DNA of 64,000 bases. It comes from a virus. Taxonomy: Duplodnaviria > Caudoviricetes. The position numbers and the translations under genes are program-made. This document shows positions 9,119 to 19,063 of the stretch, piece after piece (position 1 is the stretch's first letter; the number at the start of each line of letters is the position of its first letter). The notes below the pieces were generated by a model. That model was not told the origin of the DNA. It saw only the letters and a list, made by a program, of their open reading frames with translations, and did no database searches. The DNA is taken from the IMG/VR virus record IMGVR_UViG_3300042937_000528, positions 3,706 through 67,705 of that record. One strand, written 5' to 3'.

Positions 9119-10663
9119 TTACAATTGATACAACTTGGCATCAATTGGGAAATAATAAACACCATCAATAATTTTTGTGTTTGAGTTATCAAAGATTACC
9201 ATGTCATCCAAACGTTTCATAAAAATCATCCAATTTGTTTGATATCTTTTAACATTTGCGGTACCATCAACTTTATACATGTCTTCACTTCTTGTTATAT
9301 GACTGAATGGTTTTACCTGTGCAGTTTTTTCAACACCATCAACCATAATCTTAACATCCACACCCGTCATCATATCTTCTTTGTTTCCAAGTTCACCAAT
9401 ACGAGTTACGTTTTCATCACCAAATTGTTTTTTAAGTTTTTCAACAACAGCATCTTCAGTTTTATTACCTTTGTCTGAAGTTACCCCCATCACACTCATA
9501 ATTGTTTTAAATGTTTCTGACTCTAATGAAAAAACTCTAAACTTAACTTTGTTTAATGTTTTTAACATTCTTGCCATTTCATTGACTTGTTCTCTTTGTG
9601 TTTTATCTGAAAAAATAATTGGTTCTTCACCTATTTTTGTAAGATATTTGTTTAAATCTTTTTTCAAGACACAAAACGCACTGTAATTTGTATTCAAATA
9701 ATTGATAACAGACCTACCTTCACCTTCCAAATCATACACACCCGACATTTGTCCTTTAGCATATTCATCTTTGTTGTAAAATCTGTCAGCAAATGTTTCT
9801 TTTAAAATTTGCATTATTGCATTTTTGTATAGATTAAGAACATCACGGTTTGTATTAAATAATAATTTTGAGGCCATTTTGTCTTGAGTAGAACAAGGTT
9901 CACTCTTAACGGCTTCAGTTAAAAATTCTTTTGCGGTTGTAGATTCTTTTACCGTTTTGTCTAACTTTCTTGAAAGTTCAGATTCTACATAATCCCAATT
10001 CACAACTTTCCAAAAGTTTTTAATATATTCATCTCTTCTATTTCTATATCTTAGATAATATGCGTGTTCCCAAACATCTAACCCTAAAATTGGATATCCG
10101 CCTTGGTCAACAACATCCATAAGTGGATTGTCTTGGTTGGCGGTTGTCATAATCTTTAATGTTCCTCGTTTTGTAAGAACTAACCAACACCAACCTGAAC
10201 CAAATCTATCTTTTGCTTGACCATCAAATTTCTTTTTAAAGTCAGATAAAGATGAAAAACTTTGATTAATTTTTTTGAGTGTTATCGGACCTGGTTTTGT
10301 TGTTTTTGGAGTTAACATTTTCCAAAACAATTGGTGGTTGTAAGCCCCACCCGCATTATTTCTGATGAACTTGTTGAAACTGTCAATTGTTTTAACAATT
10401 TCTTCTAAAGTTAAATCTTCATCATCTTTTAATGCTCCATTTAATTTATCAACATAACCTTTGTAGTGTTTGTTGTAATGAACACTCATGGTTTCTGGGT
10501 CAATAAATTGTTTTAGTGCTGAATAAGAATAGGGTAATCTTTCTATCTTAATGTTTTTGGCTTCTGTGACAACTTTTCGTACTTTTTGTTCTTGTTGTCT
10601 TTTAATTTCTTTTTTTTGTAAATCTTCTTCAATTACTTCAATCCTATTTTTAAGATTCTTCAT
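9119..10663 (-). CDS. sod: Fe/Mn superoxide dismutase (Mn-type signature) fused to a C-terminal PD-(D/E)xK-like domain
   Basis: LPYSYSAL, HYNKHYKGY, GGAYNHQLFW, FGSGWCWL, NQDNP, DVWEHAYY. About 270 extra C-terminal residues containing TE...DMMTGVD...AQVK. Confidence 0.85.
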   Translation of the reverse strand: MKNLKNRIEVIEEDLQKKEIKRQQEQKVRKVVTEAKNIKIERLPYSYSALKQFIDPETMSVHYNKHYKGYVDKLNGALKDDEDLTLEEIVKTIDSFNKFIRNNAGGAYNHQLFWKMLTPKTTKPGPITLKKINQSFSSLSDFKKKFDGQAKDRFGSGWCWLVLTKRGTLKIMTTANQDNPLMDVVDQGGYPILGLDVWEHAYYLRYRNRRDEYIKNFWKVVNWDYVESELSRKLDKTVKESTTAKEFLTEAVKSEPCSTQDKMASKLLFNTNRDVLNLYKNAIMQILKETFADRFYNKDEYAKGQMSGVYDLEGEGRSVINYLNTNYSAFCVLKKDLNKYLTKIGEEPIIFSDKTQREQVNEMARMLKTLNKVKFRVFSLESETFKTIMSVMGVTSDKGNKTEDAVVEKLKKQFGDENVTRIGELGNKEDMMTGVDVKIMVDGVEKTAQVKPFSHITRSEDMYKVDGTANVKRYQTNWMIFMKRLDDMVIFDNSNTKIIDGVYYFPIDAKLYQL

Positions 10664-10693
10664 AAGGTCGGCTTTTATTAATGTTTATTGATT

Positions 10694-10700
10694 ATAAATA
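10694..10700 (-). promoter_or_regulatory. TATTTAT motif upstream of SOD fusion
   Basis: ATAAATA on + strand in the SNF2-SOD intergenic gap. Confidence 0.5.
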
Positions 10701-10713
10701 AGCCGAAGTTTGA

Positions 10714-12483
10714 TTATCGCCTCCAATTATTTATAAGTTCCAAAATTTCTTGAACATAATCACCGTTGTCTACCTTATCACCCATCACGGTTTCAAAGAT
10801 GTCTTTCTTCTTTTTGAGTATGTCATAGATGATTCCCTCCACAGTATTGTCAAAAATTGGGTAATAAACTAACACATTATTTTTTTGTCCATAACGGTAA
10901 CTTCTATCTTCTGCTTGGGAGTGGTCGGATGGTAAAAACGATAAATCATTCATAACAACGGCTTCACCAGCTGTTAATGTAATACCAACACCTGCGGCTT
11001 TTATATTTCCGACAAACACCATAACATCTTCTTCGTTTTGAAAACGGTCAACAGACATTTGTCTTTCTTTTTGTGACATTTGACCATCAAGTCTAACCGC
11101 CTTTTTTCCAAAATGTTCCAATATCATCTCCAAAGTTTTGGTGAAGTTAGTAAAGACAATCACTTTCTTACCTTGTTCCACAATGTTTTCACAGATTTCA
11201 ATTGTTGACGCAACTTTTTCTTCAGCAATCACCTGTCTTACTTTTGTAAGTTTGGTGAATTGAAGGGTTAGTGAATCGGACTCACCATTTTTATCGTACC
11301 AATCATAATATTCACCCATTAGGGCTTCATATTCTTTTGATTTTAATCTTAAGTAAACGGGTGTGATAATTTTATCAGGTAAATCTAAGACATTTTCTTT
11401 TAATCTTCTTAGAACTAAAGGTGCTGTTCGGTCTCTTAACTCTTCTAAGTTGGATGCTCCACTAACATTCCAAATTTTTCTTCTTCCTGCTTGGAATTGA
11501 AAACCATTACAATACCTTTTGACGTATGCCATCCAATTCTTGGCTACAGGACATTCAATCAAGTTTAACAAATTAAAATAATTGATTGGTCTTGAAGTGA
11601 TTGGTGTACCTGTTAACAACCAAAGTCTATCAACATTGGACACAAAGTCATTAATTAACTTGGTTCTTTGTGCTTGTTTGTTTTGAATGTAATGTGCTTC
11701 ATCAATAATCACCAAATCAAACTTTGTTTTTAATAAAACAGAATCTGATTTCTTTTTTTCATCGTGAAAGTTTTTAATAATGTCATAGTTGATGATTATA
11801 AAATCACCATCTTCCCATTTTTTACCTTCAATGATTGATGTTGGTTTATTTGAATAGTTTTCAATCTCACGTTGCCAGTTAATCTTCAAAGATGCTGGAC
11901 AAATAATTAATACTTTCTTTGCTCCCGTTTCCAAAGCGGCAATAATGGTTGAAGTTGTTTTACCCAAACCCATATCATCGGCAAGAATAAACTTTTTATT
12001 TTCAACCAAAGATTTAATAGCTTCTTTTTGGTGTTCAAGTGGTGGACGGTGAGAATACTTTTCATAATCAATTACCACATCCTTAACTTTATTGTCTTTT
12101 ATCAAAGCAACCTTTGGAATCCAAAAGTCGTACACTTGTTCTGAATCAAAATATTTTCCCCAAATATGGTAGGCGGTATCTTTTTCAACCAAAAGTTTTT
12201 CAACATATACTCTTGTTGGAACAGATGAAAGTAATTTATCATTGGCAATTTTTTGTGCAAAATATGAATCAAGTTCAACCCACTTCTTGGCAACTTTTGG
12301 AGCCATTTCGTGATAATTTATAATGTATTCTGCTTGGGCTCGGGTTGGATAGAACTTTTTGTTATCAATCTGTTTTTGTCTTAAACGTATGATATAATTA
12401 TTGGCACCCTGATACGTCTCTAATAAATCAAGAGCCTTTCTTTCTAACACAGAGACATTATATGCGTTTTCAGTATTTTCCAA
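10714..12483 (-). CDS. SNF2-family helicase/ATPase (SMARCAL1/ZRANB3-like)
   Basis: LADDMGLGKT, ICPASLKINW, DEAH, LTGTP, GVGITLT, QAEDRSYRYGQ; TTG start. Confidence 0.92.
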   Translation of the reverse strand: MENTENAYNVSVLERKALDLLETYQGANNYIIRLRQKQIDNKKFYPTRAQAEYIINYHEMAPKVAKKWVELDSYFAQKIANDKLLSSVPTRVYVEKLLVEKDTAYHIWGKYFDSEQVYDFWIPKVALIKDNKVKDVVIDYEKYSHRPPLEHQKEAIKSLVENKKFILADDMGLGKTTSTIIAALETGAKKVLIICPASLKINWQREIENYSNKPTSIIEGKKWEDGDFIIINYDIIKNFHDEKKKSDSVLLKTKFDLVIIDEAHYIQNKQAQRTKLINDFVSNVDRLWLLTGTPITSRPINYFNLLNLIECPVAKNWMAYVKRYCNGFQFQAGRRKIWNVSGASNLEELRDRTAPLVLRRLKENVLDLPDKIITPVYLRLKSKEYEALMGEYYDWYDKNGESDSLTLQFTKLTKVRQVIAEEKVASTIEICENIVEQGKKVIVFTNFTKTLEMILEHFGKKAVRLDGQMSQKERQMSVDRFQNEEDVMVFVGNIKAAGVGITLTAGEAVVMNDLSFLPSDHSQAEDRSYRYGQKNNVLVYYPIFDNTVEGIIYDILKKKKDIFETVMGDKVDNGDYVQEILELINNWRR

Positions 12484-12491
12484 TCTAACAA

Positions 12492-12520
12492 AAGATAATC
12501 AATTTATGTATATTTATCAA
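12492..12520 (-). promoter_or_regulatory. Sigma70-like promoter TTGATA-N17-TATCTT for SNF2
   Basis: Reverse complement of 12515-12520 and 12492-12497, 17-bp spacer. Confidence 0.45.
12511..12517 (+). promoter_or_regulatory. TATTTAT motif, 5 nt before ATG of gp14-like gene
   Basis: Recurrent heptamer. Confidence 0.55.
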
Positions 12521-12522
12521 GT

Positions 12523-13038
12523 ATGGCGCAACAACTCGTTCCAATTACAAGATTAGGTAAATTCTTTGGTGGTGAAGATTTTGAATTAGATATTTCTATG
12601 GGTCGTGAATGGCTTGGTGGTGATATGAATTTTACCATTGTATTATATAAAGTTGACAGGACAAAAACAGTTAATGATGATGTTTATGGTGAAGTACAAC
12701 AAGACGGAATACAATTTTTAGCACCAGTATCAATTAACGCATATGTTAGAATTGAAGAGGCCACAGAACAATTTTTAGGTAGTAGTAAAATTATTCAGAA
12801 CGAGCCAGGTCTATTGAAATTCGCTGTTTACAAAAAAGAACTTGCCGATTTACAAGTTAATATTGAGTTGGGTGATTATTTAGGATATTGGATAACAGAA
12901 TCTGAAGTTAGATATTATTCAGTTATTGACGCAGGTATTCCTGATTATGACAATAAACACACTTATGGTGGGTATAAAGGATTTTATTATTCATATACCG
13001 CAACACCTGTTAGTGAAAACGAATTTAGAGGTATATAA
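12523..13038 (+). CDS. Head closure/neck protein, T4 gp14-like
   Basis: DDVYGE motif, size, and position before the gp15-like and sheath genes. Confidence 0.6.
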   Translation: MAQQLVPITRLGKFFGGEDFELDISMGREWLGGDMNFTIVLYKVDRTKTVNDDVYGEVQQDGIQFLAPVSINAYVRIEEATEQFLGSSKIIQNEPGLLKFAVYKKELADLQVNIELGDYLGYWITESEVRYYSVIDAGIPDYDNKHTYGGYKGFYYSYTATPVSENEFRGI

Positions 13039-14162
13039 TGGCATTACCAAGAAAACGAAAGGAAATTATTCCGACAATCAATCTTAAGCCCGAAAAAATT
13101 CTTTTGGCTCGTAGAGAACAATTGCTTGAAGATATTAAGTATGATGGAACTTATTTACCAAAGTCGTTAATGCATCCTGAATTAGATAGGGGATTTTTAG
13201 ATTTTGTAAAAGAAGATTTACAAACCACTGTTGCTGGTAGTATAATACCAATGATTGATTTAATTATTACCACTCAAAACTGGGCTCAATTTACAGAAAC
13301 TTGGGATATTCAAGATTTGAATGGTAACCCAACATTACCGTTTATTACAGTTGTTCGTCAACCTGAAGTTAAGTACGGAAGCAATCCCGCCATTATTTAC
13401 AACATTCCAAATAGAAAAGAATATTTTTATGCTGCCGTTCCATCTTGGAATGGAAACATCAAAGGTTTGGACATTTATAAAATTCCACAACCAGTTCCTG
13501 TTGATATTACTTACAATGTTAAAATTGTTTGTAATAGAATGAGAGAGTTAAATGAGTTTAACAAAAATGTGATTCAAACTTTTGCATCAAGACAAGCCTA
13601 TAGACAAATCAATGGTCATTATATCCCAATCATTATGGGTACAATTTCCGATGAGTCGGTTGTTGAAGTGCAAAGAAGAAGATTTTACATCCAAAACTAT
13701 GAATTCACAATGTTAGGGTTTTTATTGGATGAAGATGAGTTTGAAGTTGCACCTGCGGTTTCTCGTGTGTTTAATACTTTTGAAGTATCTGCTCAAACAT
13801 CAAGACCAAAAAGAAAAAAATACCCCGAAAATATTGATGAATATAATTTGAGTGTTTCAATACCGAGTGGGTCAACACAAACTGACTTAATGGTTGATTA
13901 TACAGGTGATTTTAATTTATTAACAAAAATAAATGTTACCAATTTTGATGTGTATATAAAACCACAAGGACAAGTAACTTTTGATTATTATGGTAGTGAT
14001 GTTTCATTAATACAAGTCAATACCAACGATACTTTAAGACTTGTTTTGACAAGTAGACCCGATGATACATTACCTTCTACATTCAATTATGCAATCAAAT
14101 TGTTTGGTGTGAATTATGATGTTCCACCACAACCAAATCCAAATGGGAACCCCCACTCATGA
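13038..14162 (+). CDS. Tail terminator/sheath stabiliser, T4 gp15-like
   Basis: LPFITV...QPVPVDITYNVKI...NEFN...YEFTMLG pattern; synteny. Confidence 0.7.
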   Translation: MALPRKRKEIIPTINLKPEKILLARREQLLEDIKYDGTYLPKSLMHPELDRGFLDFVKEDLQTTVAGSIIPMIDLIITTQNWAQFTETWDIQDLNGNPTLPFITVVRQPEVKYGSNPAIIYNIPNRKEYFYAAVPSWNGNIKGLDIYKIPQPVPVDITYNVKIVCNRMRELNEFNKNVIQTFASRQAYRQINGHYIPIIMGTISDESVVEVQRRRFYIQNYEFTMLGFLLDEDEFEVAPAVSRVFNTFEVSAQTSRPKRKKYPENIDEYNLSVSIPSGSTQTDLMVDYTGDFNLLTKINVTNFDVYIKPQGQVTFDYYGSDVSLIQVNTNDTLRLVLTSRPDDTLPSTFNYAIKLFGVNYDVPPQPNPNGNPHS

Positions 14163-14312
14163 TTCACCATAAATGTCTTTTTTAGTTTGACATTTTTCTT
14201 TAATCAAATTTTCCAAAAATCTATACATCTTAATACCGTGTTTTTCACAGTATTTCTTTAAAATATCGTGTGACTCTATTGATATCTTCAAATTCTTTAT
14301 TTTCTTTTCCAT
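14157..14312 (-). CDS. Small ribbon-helix-helix-like DNA-binding protein
   Basis: KNLKISIESHDILKKYCEKHGIKMYRFLENLI fits a beta-alpha-alpha RHH. ATG 14312 preferred; the track start is 14345. Confidence 0.6.
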   Translation of the reverse strand: MEKKIKNLKISIESHDILKKYCEKHGIKMYRFLENLIKEKCQTKKDIYGES

Positions 14313-14348
14313 AGGTAGAATAAAGGCAGAAAATAATCTGCCCATATT

Positions 14349-14355
14349 ATAAATA
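14349..14355 (-). promoter_or_regulatory. TATTTAT motif upstream of RHH gene
   Basis: ATAAATA on + strand. Confidence 0.45.
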
Positions 14356-14391
14356 GATGGCGTAAAGTAAAGTTTTTCTTAAATCTGTTAA

Positions 14392-14398
14392 TATTTAT
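14392..14398 (+). promoter_or_regulatory. TATTTAT motif upstream of tail sheath
   Basis: Recurrent heptamer followed by an A-rich leader. Confidence 0.55.
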
Positions 14399-14433
14399 CT
14401 ATAAAATAAATAAAACTGAATAACTAAAACAAA

Positions 14434-17400
14434 ATGGCAGTATCAAATAAAGTATTCGTATCTCCTGGTGTATACACATCAGAGAGAGACCTTAGCTTCG
14501 TAGCTCAAAGTGTGGGGGTAACCACTCTTGGTCTTGTTGGGGAGACATTAACAGGTCCGGCTTTCGAACCAATCTTCATTACAAATTATAATGATTTTGA
14601 ATCATATTTCGGTGGAACCATCCCCGAAAAATTTGTAAACACTCAAATCCCAAAATATGAGTTGGCTTATATAGCAAAATCATACCTTCAACAATCTAAC
14701 CAATTGTTTGTAACAAGGGTATTGGGTTTATCTGGTTATGATGCGGGTCCATCTTGGTCAATCACAACAATTGCCAATGTTGACGGAAGTACTGTGGGTC
14801 TAAGTGTATCAACAGGTACAACATATACGGTTAACTTTACTGGAACAACAGGTGGAACTGCAATTACATATTCAACAACTTTCCCATCTATAATCCAAAC
14901 AGGAAATACTTACACACAATATAATGGTGGTGTATCAACAATTAATGAACAATTATATAATCAAATCCAAACAATAATTAATAACTCAGGAACTACTTCA
15001 GGAGATTCTGCTTACATTTTTGGAACTGTTGCAGATTCTGATTATAATTCGTTATTAACACCATATACTGCACAGACAAACGTTTATAATGTATCAGGAC
15101 TTTCTGTTTCAGATGCTGACTTTACATCACCAAGTGATGATACTTGGTATTACGCAAACTTTGATATTACAACAGCAGATGCTTATACAGGATATTCTTT
15201 CTATAACGTAGTGTCATCAATGACTAGTTTAGGTTCGGGTTCTTATTCAGGTACTGTCACAGGTAAAACTTATACATACTCAGGTACTGCATATGAAGGT
15301 TGGAATGATGTTGTTGTTGCGACTTTCCGTTCAAGAGGTGTTTCGTTGTTTACATCAGACTATCATGGTCCACAATATCAAATTACAGGAACAACTGATG
15401 TTATTATAGATAATTCAGGTTCTTATTCAGGAATTTCTCAAAACCCATTCGCACAATTTGCGATTTCAGGTTATACTGACAACGCTGAAACACCAGCTTC
15501 GTTCTCGTTTGTTGCGTCTATGAATAGTAACGACACAAATTATATTACAAAAGTATTTGGTATTTCTAACTTCGGTAAAAATAGAGTTGAAACACCATTG
15601 TTTGTTGAAGAACAATTCCAAACAATGTTGACTTATGGTTATAACAAAGGTTACATCAGAGGTATTAACTCATCGTTAATTAGTTTACCAGGTTTAAGAA
15701 ACCCTGTAACTACAGGTACAATTGCTAACTACTTGGAACAATACCAATCACCTGAATCACCGTGGGTTGTATCTGAACTTAATGGTTCTACAGTTGAAAG
15801 ATTGTTTAAGTTTTATTCAATTGCTGATGGTAATAGCGCAAACACTCAAATTAAAATTTCAATCCAAAATATTTCATTTAACAACTTAAGTTTTGACATT
15901 GCGGTTCGTGATTTCTTTGATACAGACGCAAATCCTGTTGTTATAGAAAAATATACAAATTGTACTATGGACCCAACAAACAATAACTATGTTGGTGTTA
16001 AAGTTGGTACTAGTGATGGTGAATACTCATTAAATTCTAAGTACATTATGTTGGAGATGAATACTGAGGCAAATCCTGAAAGTGTACCTTGTGGTTTTGA
16101 AGGATATGTTATTAGAACATACGGTTCGGCAACTTCTCCATTCCCAGTTTATAAAGTGGCATACAACTTCCCAGGTGAAGTAATTTATAACCCACCATTT
16201 GGTATTGTTACAAACCCACCATTCTCATTTACAGGTTTTGATAATAAAACAGTATCTGGTGGTGATAAAGTAAGAAGTACTTATTTGGGTATTTCATCAC
16301 AAATTGGTTATGACCCATTATTCTTTGAATATAAAGGTAAACAAAAACCTCTTGATTTATGTGTTGAAGGTGATGCATTACCTTGGAATACTGTAACTAA
16401 AGGATTCCACATGGATTCAGGAGCGACAGTTGTAAATATTGCTTATGGTACTACTTCAGGAACACCAGCATTTGATTGTGGTGTGGCTTCATTCCAATCT
16501 GACCCTGAAACACCTGCAAATCCATACTTCCAAATTCAAGCAAGAAAATTCACATTACTATTACAAGGTGGATTCGATGGTTGGGACATTTATAACGAAA
16601 GTAGAACAAATACAGATAGGTTTATATTAGGTGGTAGTGGATACCAAGCGGGAGCTTGTCCAACCACAAGATACCCTAACGCAACTGGATGGGGAGCGTT
16701 CAAACCAATCGCTATCAGTAACTTTACAGATTTCTCAAATACTGACTACTACGCATACTTGTTAGGTATTAATACTTTCGCAAACCCTGAAGCGGTTAAC
16801 ATAAATGTATTTGCAACACCTGGTATTGATTATGTTAATAACTCAAACTTGGTTGAGGATTCAATTTCTATGGTAACATTTGATAGAGCGGATTCAATCT
16901 ACATTTGTACAACACCTGATACAGCAATGTTTGTACCAGTAACAAATATAGCTGATTTCATCTACCCAACAGAAGCGGTTAATAACTTAGATAATACAGG
17001 AATTGATTCTAACTACACAGCAACTTATTACCCATGGATTTTGGTAAGAGATACTGTAAATAACACACAAATTTACATACCACCAACAAATGAAGTTTGT
17101 AGAAACTTAGCGTTGACTGATAACATTTCATTCCCATGGTTCGCAACTGCGGGTTACACAAGAGGTTTGGTAAATGCTGTTAAAGCACGTAAGAAACTTA
17201 CACAAGAAGATAGAGATACTTTGTATCAAGGTAGAATTAACCCTATCGCAACTTTCTCAGATGTTGGAACTGTAATTTGGGGTAACAAAACATTACAAAT
17301 TGCTGACACAGCACTTAACAGAATTAACGTAAGAAGATTGTTATTACAAGCTCGTAAGTTGATTTCAGCGGTGGCGGTAAGATTGTTGTTTGAACAAAAC

Positions 17401-17628
17401 GATGCTAAAGTAAGACAAGACTTCTTGGATTCGGTTAACCCTATCTTGGATGCTATTAGAAGAGACAGAGGTTTATATGATTTCCGTGTTACTGTAAGTA
17501 ATTCACCTGAAGATTTAGATAGAAATACTATGACAGGTAAGATTTACTTGAAACCAACAAAAGCGTTGGAATTCATTGACATTGAATTCTTAATCACTCC
17601 AACAGGAGCATCATTTGAAAATATTTAA
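14434..17628 (+). CDS. Contractile tail sheath protein (gp18-like) with large insertions
   Basis: SPGVYTSERD N-terminus; YYPW, PWFATAGYTRG, LYQGRINPI, WGNKTL, RINVRRL, KPTKALEFI C-terminus. Confidence 0.95.
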   Translation: MAVSNKVFVSPGVYTSERDLSFVAQSVGVTTLGLVGETLTGPAFEPIFITNYNDFESYFGGTIPEKFVNTQIPKYELAYIAKSYLQQSNQLFVTRVLGLSGYDAGPSWSITTIANVDGSTVGLSVSTGTTYTVNFTGTTGGTAITYSTTFPSIIQTGNTYTQYNGGVSTINEQLYNQIQTIINNSGTTSGDSAYIFGTVADSDYNSLLTPYTAQTNVYNVSGLSVSDADFTSPSDDTWYYANFDITTADAYTGYSFYNVVSSMTSLGSGSYSGTVTGKTYTYSGTAYEGWNDVVVATFRSRGVSLFTSDYHGPQYQITGTTDVIIDNSGSYSGISQNPFAQFAISGYTDNAETPASFSFVASMNSNDTNYITKVFGISNFGKNRVETPLFVEEQFQTMLTYGYNKGYIRGINSSLISLPGLRNPVTTGTIANYLEQYQSPESPWVVSELNGSTVERLFKFYSIADGNSANTQIKISIQNISFNNLSFDIAVRDFFDTDANPVVIEKYTNCTMDPTNNNYVGVKVGTSDGEYSLNSKYIMLEMNTEANPESVPCGFEGYVIRTYGSATSPFPVYKVAYNFPGEVIYNPPFGIVTNPPFSFTGFDNKTVSGGDKVRSTYLGISSQIGYDPLFFEYKGKQKPLDLCVEGDALPWNTVTKGFHMDSGATVVNIAYGTTSGTPAFDCGVASFQSDPETPANPYFQIQARKFTLLLQGGFDGWDIYNESRTNTDRFILGGSGYQAGACPTTRYPNATGWGAFKPIAISNFTDFSNTDYYAYLLGINTFANPEAVNINVFATPGIDYVNNSNLVEDSISMVTFDRADSIYICTTPDTAMFVPVTNIADFIYPTEAVNNLDNTGIDSNYTATYYPWILVRDTVNNTQIYIPPTNEVCRNLALTDNISFPWFATAGYTRGLVNAVKARKKLTQEDRDTLYQGRINPIATFSDVGTVIWGNKTLQIADTALNRINVRRLLLQARKLISAVAVRLLFEQNDAKVRQDFLDSVNPILDAIRRDRGLYDFRVTVSNSPEDLDRNTMTGKIYLKPTKALEFIDIEFLITPTGASFENI

Positions 17629-17635
17629 TATTTAA

Positions 17636-18472
17636 ATGATTAGAAAAAAAATACTAAACCCAACATCATCATTACTTGAAGGTTTTGATGATGTTGGTAC
17701 GCCTGACATGAAATATTACGCCTTTGATTGGGACGATAATATCATGATGATGCCAACAAAAATTATTCTTAAAGATGAAAATGATAATGAAGTTGGTATG
17801 TCTACAGAAGATTTTGCGGAATATAGAAGTGAAATCGGTGTAGAACCATTTGATTACAAAGGTAGTACAATAGTTGGATATGCTGACGAACCTTTTCGTA
17901 ATTTTAGAACTGGTGGTGATAAACAATTTAAAATTGATGCCATGAAAGGTAAACCAGGTCCCGCTTGGTCTGATTTTGTGGAAGCAATCAACAATGGGTC
18001 AATTTTTTCAATAATCACCGCACGTGGACACAACCCCGAGACACTTAAAGACGCAATTTATAATTTGATTATTTCTGACCACATGGGTATTAATAAAGAT
18101 TTATTAATTAAGAATCTTAGAAAATTCCGTGACCTTTCAAATATGGAAGACAAATCAGATGTGGAATTAATAAAAGACTATATGGATATGAACAAATATT
18201 ATCCCGTTAGTTTTGGTACAGACGCAGGAGCCGCCAACCCCGAGGAATTAAAAGTTCAAGCAATGAAAGAATTTATTTCATATGTAAAAGGACAGGCTAA
18301 AGAATTGGGTAAAAAACTATATGTTAAAGATGATGTGAAAAATAAGTTTGTACCTAGTATTGGTTTTTCAGATGATGACTTAAAGAATGTAGAAGTAATG
18401 AAGAAGCATTTTGAAGATGAACCAGTTTTAAAGACTTATTCTACTGCTGGAGGAACTAAAACTAGATACTAA
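17636..18472 (+). CDS. HAD-superfamily phosphatase-like protein
   Basis: Motif I FDWDDNI, motif II IITARG, motif III K (EELK), motif IV GFSDDD. Confidence 0.7.
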   Translation: MIRKKILNPTSSLLEGFDDVGTPDMKYYAFDWDDNIMMMPTKIILKDENDNEVGMSTEDFAEYRSEIGVEPFDYKGSTIVGYADEPFRNFRTGGDKQFKIDAMKGKPGPAWSDFVEAINNGSIFSIITARGHNPETLKDAIYNLIISDHMGINKDLLIKNLRKFRDLSNMEDKSDVELIKDYMDMNKYYPVSFGTDAGAANPEELKVQAMKEFISYVKGQAKELGKKLYVKDDVKNKFVPSIGFSDDDLKNVEVMKKHFEDEPVLKTYSTAGGTKTRY

Positions 18473-18526
18473 ACGATGATAATTTTTAAAAAATTAAAGT
18501 AAATACAAAAATTTTCAAACAACGAG

Positions 18527-18533
18527 TATTTAT
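18527..18533 (+). promoter_or_regulatory. TATTTAT motif upstream of tail tube
   Basis: Recurrent heptamer followed by an A-rich leader. Confidence 0.55.
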
Positions 18534-18574
18534 AGATAAATAAACTAAAACAAAAAAACTAAAAAGAATATACC

Positions 18575-19063
18575 ATGGCTGATTTATTAATGAAAATGCC
18601 GGTTCCTTACGAACCAAAAAGAGCGAACCGATTTATACTTAGGTTTGACACAACTTTAGGTATTAATGAATGGTTCGTAGAATCATCAGGAAGACCAAGT
18701 ATTGATATTAACCCTGTTGAGATACAATTTTTGAACACTTCTACATATGTAGCGGGTAGATTCAAATGGAATCCAATCTCAGTTAAATTCCGTGACCCAA
18801 TTGGTCCATCAGCAACACAAGCTCTTATGGAGTGGGTTCGTTTACACGCTGAATCAGTTACAGGTCGTATGGGATATGCTGCGGGTTATAAAAAGAATGT
18901 TGACCTTGAAATGTTGGACCCAACAGGTGTTGTTGTGGAAAAATGGATTCTTGAACAATGTATGATTACAAAATCTGCTTGGGATGGTGTATCATATAGT
19001 GATGACAAATTAGCAGGATTAGACGTTACATTACAAATGGACCGTTGTATCTTAGTTTACTAA
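18575..19063 (+). CDS. Tail tube protein (gp19-like)
   Basis: EPKRANRF, RPS, GRFKWNPISV, YKKNVDLEMLDPTGVVVEKW; 162 aa; follows the sheath. Confidence 0.9.
   Translation: MADLLMKMPVPYEPKRANRFILRFDTTLGINEWFVESSGRPSIDINPVEIQFLNTSTYVAGRFKWNPISVKFRDPIGPSATQALMEWVRLHAESVTGRMGYAAGYKKNVDLEMLDPTGVVVEKWILEQCMITKSAWDGVSYSDDKLAGLDVTLQMDRCILVY

Noticed and set aside
10668-10706. Inverted repeat TCGGCTT...AAGCCGA around the SOD promoter motif
   Set aside because: Only 7 bp with a long AT-rich loop; too weak to call.
12487-12497. Bacteroidota -7 promoter (TAnnTTTG) upstream of SNF2
   Set aside because: The sequence is TATCTTTTG, not an exact match, and fits a -35/-10 pair with 17-bp spacing better.
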